A DNA stretch of 64,000 nucleotides from a virus. Lineage: Duplodnaviria > Heunggongvirae > Uroviricota > Caudoviricetes. The stretch lies in IMG/VR virus record IMGVR_UViG_3300025713_000004. One strand, 5' to 3'. The translations under genes and the position numbers were made by a program. A model generated the notes under the pieces. The model did no database searches, was not told the DNA's origin, and worked only from the letters and a program-made list of their open reading frames with translations. Positions 58,391-64,000 of the stretch are shown here, in pieces; position 1 is the first letter of the stretch; the number at the start of each line of letters is the position of its first letter.

Positions 58391-58930
58391 ATGGAAGAAA
58401 AAGATGTTAATATTTTTAAATTTTCTTTATCACAGGGTGATATAATTTTATGTGAAAAAATTTTTGATGGAAATGTTTTTAGTCCGTATGTTAGATATTC
58501 AGTGGATATTAGAGATATTTTACCAAAAATAATAACAAGATTACAAAAACTATTATCCAAACAACAATATAGTCATATATATTATGTAGGTAAGGATAGT
58601 ATTAATTCAGAAAATTTAACACATTATGATTTTTTAAATTATAATAATCATATAATTAATTCTTTTCCTAAAAAACAAAGAGAAGAATTAAAATATCAAC
58701 CAAAACCAATCATTTTACATATTGAAGATAAAATCATAAAAGGTGTTGAATGTAAAATTGGGTTATATGTTAATGACAATCCAATTGTAGAAAGATTATT
58801 TTATGTTGATAGATTTAATCCTGATGTTCGATGGTCTGTTGATATTGTTGAATGTGTTGTTGATATTACAAATCAGATTTTCGAAAAAATGAAAATGTGT
58901 GATATTATAAATATGCAATATTCTTATTAA
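58391..58930 (+). CDS. hypothetical protein (between rnh-like and helicase genes; could be a helicase loader by position)
   Basis: A 179-aa ORF. I could find no convincing similarity to gp59. Confidence 0.4.
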   Translation: MEEKDVNIFKFSLSQGDIILCEKIFDGNVFSPYVRYSVDIRDILPKIITRLQKLLSKQQYSHIYYVGKDSINSENLTHYDFLNYNNHIINSFPKKQREELKYQPKPIILHIEDKIIKGVECKIGLYVNDNPIVERLFYVDRFNPDVRWSVDIVECVVDITNQIFEKMKMCDIINMQYSY

Positions 58931-58949
58931 CAATAATTTTATATAAAAA

Positions 58950-60686
58950 ATGGATGGTGTTGTAGAAAATACATTTACAGCATATTTGGGATATGAATTT
59001 CAACAAAAATTAATGTGGCAATTATTGGTTGAACCAGAATTTGCAGAAAAAACAATTCTTAATTTAGAAATTGAATATTTTGATGACCCAATTTTAAAAA
59101 GATTGTTTATAATAATTTTAGAATTTTATAAAGAATTTGAAAAAGTTCCTAATCTTCAGAATAAAAGCATTTATCAAGCAATAAATACATATAAAACACC
59201 AAATAATTCAATAGAAGAAGAATCGTTGTTTTCTATAATTAAACGTCTTGAATTATGGAATGAAAGGATTATTAATAAGCAAATGTTGTATGATGGGGAT
59301 GTTATTAGAAAAAGTACAAACATTTTTATTAAACAACAAGAATATCGTAAATTATCAGATTATATTCATGAAAATGTAAAAACGGGTGATATTAAAAATA
59401 AATATGTTGTTGGTTTAATTGAAGAAAAAATAAGAACAATATCGTTGATTGATTCTGAAGATGATTCTGAAGAAGTTATTGAAGGAATTGATATTGCATT
59501 AAGAAAAGAATTTAGAAAAACAATACCAACTGGTGTTGGTGTAATTGATGCATTAAGTGGTGGTGGTTTGGGTAGGGGTGAAATTGGTTTAATTTTATCT
59601 CCATCGGGTGTTGGAAAAACAACCTTATTAACTGTTATTGCAAACACTGCATATGAAAATGAAAAAAACGTAGCACAAATAATATTTGAAGATACTAAAG
59701 ACCAAATAAAACGTAAACATTATACAATATGGGCTAAATCAGCATTGAGTAAATTGGATGATGAAGATGAAAACGAAAGAGTTAGTAATGTTGTATATGA
59801 AAAAGTAAAACAATTAAAAGGTAAGGGCAAGTTAGTTATTAAAAGATTTAGTCAAGATAATACAACAATATTAGATATTCGAAATTGGATGATTGGTTAT
59901 GAAAAAAAATATGGTTTTAAATTTGATTTATTGGTTCTTGATTATCTTGATTGTTTAGAACCACACAAAAAAGCATACGATAGAAATGATGCAGAATTAA
60001 TAATTGTAAAGGGATTTGAATCACTTGCTGGTGATTTAGATATTCCTGCTTGGTCTGCTATTCAAAGTAATCGTTCTGGTTTTGGTGCAGAATTTATAGA
60101 ACCACATCAATCAGGTGGTAATATAAAAAGAATTCAAAAATCACATTTTTTTATGAGTGTCGCTAAAACTGATGAACAAAAAGAAGCGCATTTAGCAAAT
60201 ATTTTTATTATTAAAGCAAGATTTGCACAAGATGGTCAAAGATTTGAAGATTGTATTTTTAATAACGACACAATGCAAATTGTAATTGAAGATAGTAGAT
60301 ATAAATATTCAAAAACATATAAAAATTTAAAACATTATAATGAAAAAGATAAAGAAACTTTTGATGAAAAGGCTAGTAAAATGTTAGAAGAAAAATCATC
60401 AACAATGAAAATACATGAAGCAATTTGCACTACAAATAATCTAAAAGAAAAAGAAGAATCTGATAGAATTAATGATTTATTGTTAAAAAACAGGGAAGAA
60501 ACGAATGAAAATAAAGATGATGTAAATAATTTGGATGAAAAAGAAATAGAAAATAACTTAAATTTAGAATCGAATTCTAATAATTTAAAGGTAGATAATA
60601 AAATTTATTTTGATAATAATGATGATGAAATAGAATCATTATTAGAAAAATTACGTAAAAATCAAGATGTTATAAAAAAAGAATGA
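58950..60686 (+). CDS. replicative DNA helicase, DnaB/T4 gp41-like
   Basis: GVIDALSGGGLGRGEIGLILSPSGVGKTTLLTVIAN matches the DnaB Walker A/H1 region. The domain order is N-terminal helical domain followed by a RecA-like C-terminal domain. A C-terminal acidic/Lys-rich tail follows. Confidence 0.75.
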   Translation: MDGVVENTFTAYLGYEFQQKLMWQLLVEPEFAEKTILNLEIEYFDDPILKRLFIIILEFYKEFEKVPNLQNKSIYQAINTYKTPNNSIEEESLFSIIKRLELWNERIINKQMLYDGDVIRKSTNIFIKQQEYRKLSDYIHENVKTGDIKNKYVVGLIEEKIRTISLIDSEDDSEEVIEGIDIALRKEFRKTIPTGVGVIDALSGGGLGRGEIGLILSPSGVGKTTLLTVIANTAYENEKNVAQIIFEDTKDQIKRKHYTIWAKSALSKLDDEDENERVSNVVYEKVKQLKGKGKLVIKRFSQDNTTILDIRNWMIGYEKKYGFKFDLLVLDYLDCLEPHKKAYDRNDAELIIVKGFESLAGDLDIPAWSAIQSNRSGFGAEFIEPHQSGGNIKRIQKSHFFMSVAKTDEQKEAHLANIFIIKARFAQDGQRFEDCIFNNDTMQIVIEDSRYKYSKTYKNLKHYNEKDKETFDEKASKMLEEKSSTMKIHEAICTTNNLKEKEESDRINDLLLKNREETNENKDDVNNLDEKEIENNLNLESNSNNLKVDNKIYFDNNDDEIESLLEKLRKNQDVIKKE

Positions 60687-60850
60687 AAATTTTATTAAAT
60701 TTTGTAACATTTTATAAAAATTATCGTATTTATATCTACAAATAATATTTTTCTAAAAATTTGCATTTTAATTTTTTTTATTTATCTTTGCAGTGATTAT
60801 TGAAGATATGTTCTTTTAAGATATGTAAACAGAAACTGGTTGTTAATACA

Positions 60851-60923
60851 GTACAATTAACTCAATGGATAGAGTGTTCATTCACAATATGAAATATTGT
60901 TGGTTCGATTCCAACATTGTAAA
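60851..60923 (+). tRNA. tRNA (73 nt), anticodon uncertain
   Basis: It folds as a cloverleaf: acceptor gtacaat/attgtaa with a G1.A72 mismatch; D-stem actc/gagt with a GG-containing loop; a perfect anticodon stem ttcat/atgaa with loop tcacaat; T-arm gttgg-ttcgatt-ccaac. The loop reads ACA at positions 34-36 but has C instead of the near-universal U33, so the identity is unsure. Confidence 0.45.
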
Positions 60924-60956
60924 AAAATAACAAACAAATTTTCTGTTTTTTGAAAT

Positions 60957-61042
60957 TGCGGTGTGGAGAAATGGTATCTCGCCTGCCTCATAAGCACGGA
61001 GTCCCTATTGGGTTTAAATGGGTTCGATTCCCATCACCGCTA
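60957..61042 (+). tRNA. tRNA-like gene with a CAU anticodon loop and a long (class II-like) variable arm
   Basis: Acceptor (t)gcggtg/caccgc(t). D-stem gaga/tctc. Anticodon stem cctgc/gcacg with one C.C mismatch and loop cTCATAa, giving anticodon CAT. A 19-nt variable region holds a ccc/ggg mini-helix. T-arm atggg-ttcgatt-cccat. A long variable arm combined with a CAU anticodon is atypical. Confidence 0.45.
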
Positions 61043-61066
61043 CAAAAAAACGTTCTTTATATAAAT

Positions 61067-61200
61067 GGGGAGTTAGCAAAATTAATACAAAAAATATTAT
61101 ACAATTACTTATTTGATATAAGAACTAATAGTATTTACAGTTAGGAAAATGCAATTGTTTTGGATACAATGATTTGTAGGTTCGAGTCCTACACTCCCCG
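61067..61200 (+). tRNA. tRNA-Pro(UGG) interrupted by a ~60-nt insertion in the D-stem/loop (intron-containing or disrupted)
   Basis: The 5' piece ggggagt-ta-gca (61067-61078) and the 3' piece agttaggaaaa-tgc-a-attgt-tttggat-acaat-gattt-gtagg-ttcgagt-cctac-actcccc-g (61139-61200) assemble into a canonical tRNA. The acceptor is a perfect 7/7 pairing, the anticodon loop is uUUGGau and the T-loop is TTCGAGT. The two pieces are separated by an AT-rich 60-nt insert (61079-61138). Confidence 0.4.
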
Positions 61201-61345
61201 CAGTTTGGGAAAACTAGAAATGTTTACAGTAAATATCGGTTCGAATCCGATATTATCCTACCATAATGGATAATTAGCCGAATTGGTTTAGGCACAAGTA
61301 GTTTAAACTTGCAAAAAAAGAAAATATTTCTAAACTATTCCCTTT
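61201..61345 (+). ncRNA. circularly permuted tRNA-like module, candidate Y RNA (YrlA-like) partner of the downstream Ro60-like protein
   Basis: The order is the reverse of a tRNA. First comes the T-arm atcgg-TTCGAAT-ccgat (61235-61251), then the acceptor 3' strand attatcc (61252-58), then a 9-nt closing loop taccataat. The acceptor 5' strand ggataat (61268-74) gives a perfect 7/7 pairing. Next come ta, the D-arm gcc-gaattggttta-ggc and an anticodon-like hairpin caagt-agtttaa-acttg (61295-61311). The flanks (about 61207-61221 and 61326-61342) can pair imperfectly, with bulges, to close the molecule through the variable-region position. Confidence 0.4.
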
Positions 61346-61496
61346 TTTATAGAAGAAGAACTGGATGTATTTTCAGTAATATGTGCAAATATATTTACAA
61401 AAAAATATAACCAAGTTACTTCTTTTTTTTTGCTTTTTTTGTAACATTTTTTAAATACATTCGTAAAATATATTATAATTTTAAATTGGTTTAATT

Positions 61497-63143
61497 ATGG
61501 AAAATTTAGTTTTAACCCAAAAAATGTTGGGAACTATTAAACAAACTTTAATTGATGGTCTTACTGTTGCATCTGGTAGTAAGAGTAGTGCGACTTATTA
61601 TCATAGTAGGGATGAACAGATTGTTGCAATTCGAAAAGAAATTAATAAAATGTATAAGATTTCAAAAGAATTGCCACTTTTAATTGCATGTCAGAAAGGT
61701 GTTACAGGAAAATTTATTTCTGAAGTATTATTAAATGAATTTAAAAATACTTCAAGGGGTGGTGCTTGTAATATTATAAGCCCAATTGATTGGTATGATA
61801 ATGGTTTATCTGATAAAGCAATTTTAATTGCTTTGAATAATTTAAATATTGATAATGGAATACCATATGTCTTTAGATTATTTCAAGATTTGAAAATTAA
61901 TAAAATTAATAATGAAAGGTCAAGAAAATTTGTTTTAGGTTTTATTTGGGGGCAGGAAAATCTTGAATTTTATTGTTTAAAATATCGTAATAAAATTGCT
62001 AAAATTTTTAAACATGTATATGGTGAAAAAATGATATCTATTTTATTATCAATTGGAAATAAACTACTTTTAACTGATAATAATCAAATTATACTAACAC
62101 CAAAAGAACATGGTATTTTAAATAGTTTAGTTTTAAAGTATTATAATGGTGATTTGATTAAAGCCATAAAATTATTGTTTTTTATTTTCAAGAAAAAACA
62201 AGATGTTGATTTGTATAGTGATGTTAATGATTTTCCATTAATTAGTGAATATCAAAAAGCAAAAATTGATATTAGTGATATAAAGAAAATACCAGAAGAA
62301 GTATTAATTGGTTTGATTTCTGATATTAAACATCCACAATATCATGTTTTATGGTCTAATAAAGAACAAAGAGAATCTACTAAAGCGTTAATTCGTAAAA
62401 ATGTGGAAGTTACATCAATTAATCAACAAGTTCGTCAAACAAAATCTAATGTTAAATTGGGTGTAGATAAAACTGTTGATTTAAATAAGGCAACTGATTT
62501 TCTTGCATTATATAAAACAGGATATGAAAATGGTTTTAGTTTAGAATTAACAAATGCAATTGATAATCTTGCTAATAAAAGAAAAATAAAGGATTTTTAT
62601 TACACAAATATTGGTATTATTCAAGATGATAGTATTTCAATGACAGGTAATAAAATTGAATCAAAAAATACTCCAAGAGCAATTGTTGATTTTACTGCTA
62701 AAGTATTGTCAAAATCAGTAACAAATCATGTTGTTGTAAAAACTAAGGATATTTTTACTGATTTGGGTAGTTCATTTATTGAACTATTAAAAAAGAATGA
62801 AACATCTAATTTACAATATGATGCTATTTTTATATTAACCGATGGATATGAAAATATTTATGATGGGTTATTGAATGAAATTATTGATGTTTGGAAAATT
62901 GAAACAGGTATTGATATTCCAATATTTCAAATTTCCCCAATAACAAGTGCTGAAATGGATTCTAATGTTAGAAAAATTGGTGATAATGTTATTACAATGG
63001 CAGTTAATAACCCAATTGCAATTCAACCACAAATTTCAGCAAGATTACTTGAAATTGACACTAAGCGTTGGTTGGAAAATCAAGTTCTTATGCTTGAAGA
63101 ATCTAATTTAAGTCGTATTAATAAAATTAATGTTAATAACTAA
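61497..63143 (+). CDS. Ro60/Rsr-like protein (TROVE-sized N-terminal region plus C-terminal vWA domain with MIDAS)
   Basis: The 548-aa length fits Ro60 (about 540 aa). The C-terminal vWA has MIDAS IIQDDSISMTG (DxSxS) and downstream AIFILTDGYENIY (hhh.TDG), the same placement as the Ro60 vWA. The N-terminal 360 aa is helical-repeat-like, as expected of TROVE. tRNA-like/Y-RNA-like genes lie immediately upstream. Confidence 0.5.
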   Translation: MENLVLTQKMLGTIKQTLIDGLTVASGSKSSATYYHSRDEQIVAIRKEINKMYKISKELPLLIACQKGVTGKFISEVLLNEFKNTSRGGACNIISPIDWYDNGLSDKAILIALNNLNIDNGIPYVFRLFQDLKINKINNERSRKFVLGFIWGQENLEFYCLKYRNKIAKIFKHVYGEKMISILLSIGNKLLLTDNNQIILTPKEHGILNSLVLKYYNGDLIKAIKLLFFIFKKKQDVDLYSDVNDFPLISEYQKAKIDISDIKKIPEEVLIGLISDIKHPQYHVLWSNKEQRESTKALIRKNVEVTSINQQVRQTKSNVKLGVDKTVDLNKATDFLALYKTGYENGFSLELTNAIDNLANKRKIKDFYYTNIGIIQDDSISMTGNKIESKNTPRAIVDFTAKVLSKSVTNHVVVKTKDIFTDLGSSFIELLKKNETSNLQYDAIFILTDGYENIYDGLLNEIIDVWKIETGIDIPIFQISPITSAEMDSNVRKIGDNVITMAVNNPIAIQPQISARLLEIDTKRWLENQVLMLEESNLSRINKINVNN

Positions 63144-63156
63144 AAAAAATTATACT

Positions 63157-64000
63157 ATGAATACAAGAGAATTTTCAGAATTATTAAAGGGTTGTCGTCC
63201 ATTAAAAGATATGGATGGTAATATCATCGTTCAATCTATTATGAATATGCAAATTGTTTGTTTAACAACGGATAATGAATATTCATTAGATAATCGATTT
63301 GGAAATCCTTTAACATCAATCAAATCAAGTAATTCAAGTTATGGTCAAATGAGTTTTGTGAATAGTAATGATAAAGAAATTATTATACCAACACAAATGG
63401 CTGTTATGACCAAACAAGTTGCTCAAAATCATGGTATGATTAAAGCGGGTTATGTTGAATCTTATGGAAATACTACTTATCATGATGCTGGTTGTGTTCA
63501 AGGTAGTCAAGGTGGACATTTTAAAAATACTTCTGAATTTAGAATGATTCCTGTAACAATGCGTGAAATGTTATTTGATAGTATTGGTAAAAGTGGTGGA
63601 TATCCAAGAATTTATCCTGCAATTAATAAATTGGGTAATGATACTAATTCAAATACGGGTAATTATCTTGATAAGTATTTTGATAAGTACGATAAAAAAC
63701 TTGAACAGTTTATTGCTCATTTTGAAAGACCAAAAAATTTAATTGGCGTTATTGTACTTATTGATGGTGAAATTGTTGCTATTGATAAATTTCCATCATT
63801 TACGTATGCAGAACAGGTATGGAATTTAATGATTCGTGATTGTTACGGTTCTTTGGCTATTATTTCAGAATTGAAAAAGAAAACATCAAAGATTGATTTC
63901 TATACAACATATCAAAATATGAAAACTAATCATAATGGTAATGTTGTTGAATTACTTGAAAAGGTTTTGAAAAAAACTAAAGAAACAATTACTTTAAATG
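63157..64000 (+). CDS. hypothetical protein (5' part; the ORF runs off the window end)
   Basis: An ATG at 63157 opens a frame that stays open for more than 280 codons to the window end. That length is improbable by chance in this stop-rich AT genome. No recognisable motifs. It is co-directional with and immediately downstream of the Ro60-like gene. Confidence 0.45.
   Translation, partial: MNTREFSELLKGCRPLKDMDGNIIVQSIMNMQIVCLTTDNEYSLDNRFGNPLTSIKSSNSSYGQMSFVNSNDKEIIIPTQMAVMTKQVAQNHGMIKAGYVESYGNTTYHDAGCVQGSQGGHFKNTSEFRMIPVTMREMLFDSIGKSGGYPRIYPAINKLGNDTNSNTGNYLDKYFDKYDKKLEQFIAHFERPKNLIGVIVLIDGEIVAIDKFPSFTYAEQVWNLMIRDCYGSLAIISELKKKTSKIDFYTTYQNMKTNHNGNVVELLEKVLKKTKETITLN

Noticed and set aside
58391-58930. 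ORF between the rnh-like and helicase genes considered as a gp59 helicase loader
   Set aside because: The position fits, but I could not find any convincing sequence resemblance to T4 gp59, so it is left as hypothetical.
1-64000. Giant-virus (Mimiviridae-like) origin, suggested by the roughly 25-30% GC content, the IS607 TnpA/TnpB element, inteins, GIY-YIG endonucleases and a glycosylation gene cluster
   Set aside because: The window encodes a contractile tail sheath, tail tube, tape measure and gpX-like protein. It also carries a T4-type replisome set (gp32-like SSB with acidic tail, gp41-like DnaB helicase, UvsX-like recombinase, RNase H) and a bacterial-type lipoprotein signal. These are hallmarks of a tailed bacteriophage.

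Overview
This window reads as one contiguous stretch of a large, extremely AT-rich tailed-phage genome, estimated by eye at a quarter to a third G+C. Protein composition is K/N/I/Y-rich and intergenic spacers are short and A/T-only. The phage is myovirus-like (contractile tail sheath, tube, tape measure) with a T4-type replication and recombination module. Nothing here suggests a bacterial chromosome flank.

Content from 5' to 3':

- 1-3.3 kb: an IS607-family insertion (serine-recombinase TnpA plus TnpB/OrfB), followed immediately by a GIY-YIG/NUMOD homing-endonuclease gene.
- 3.9-7.0 kb: a minus-strand SF1 (UvrD-like) helicase gene. It is interrupted by two inteins, one carrying a LAGLIDADG endonuclease and sitting inside the Walker A loop.
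- 7.6-9.5 kb: two structural-looking proteins.
- 10.4-13.5 kb: thymidylate synthase, dUTPase and an SPFH/band-7 membrane protein.
- 13.5-21.9 kb: a block of hypothetical and virion-like proteins, including a secreted lipoprotein.
- 22-41 kb: the tail module. It contains the tail sheath, tail tube, a gpV-like spike, a tape measure with a perfect 54-nt in-frame tandem duplication, a 1082-aa tail protein with an OmpA-like motif, and LysM-like tail protein X.
- 30-33 kb (minus strand) and 41-49 kb (plus strand): two glycosylation blocks flanking the tail genes. These hold GT2 and GT4 glycosyltransferases, SAM and FkbM methyltransferases, and a near-complete ADP-L-glycero-beta-D-manno-heptose pathway (kinase, cupin, HAD phosphatase, adenylyltransferase, HldD epimerase).
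- 49-55 kb: an acidic-protein module. It includes two proteins sharing a ~30-aa N-terminal leader, one an ImmA/IrrE-type HExxH metallopeptidase and one a 691-aa acidic protein.
- 54.8-60.7 kb: T4-like replication genes (gp32-like SSB, UvsX/RecA-like, RNase H/FEN, DnaB/gp41-like helicase).
- 60.85-61.35 kb: a compact tRNA cluster with four elements. Two are ordinary tRNAs with small irregularities. One is a tRNA-Pro(UGG) interrupted by a 60-nt insertion in the D-loop. One is a circularly permuted tRNA-like module with a closed acceptor stem.
- 61.5-63.1 kb: a 548-aa protein with the size and C-terminal vWA/MIDAS architecture of Ro60 (Rsr) lies immediately downstream of the permuted module. Together these look like a phage-borne Ro60 / Y-RNA (YrlA-like) ribonucleoprotein module.

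A recurring 10-mer, A[C/G]TATTTATA, sits 13-45 nt upstream of at least ten structural-gene start codons on both strands. I propose it as the late-promoter element.

No CRISPR array or rRNA was seen. The many short antisense ORFs in the six-frame track are composition artefacts.
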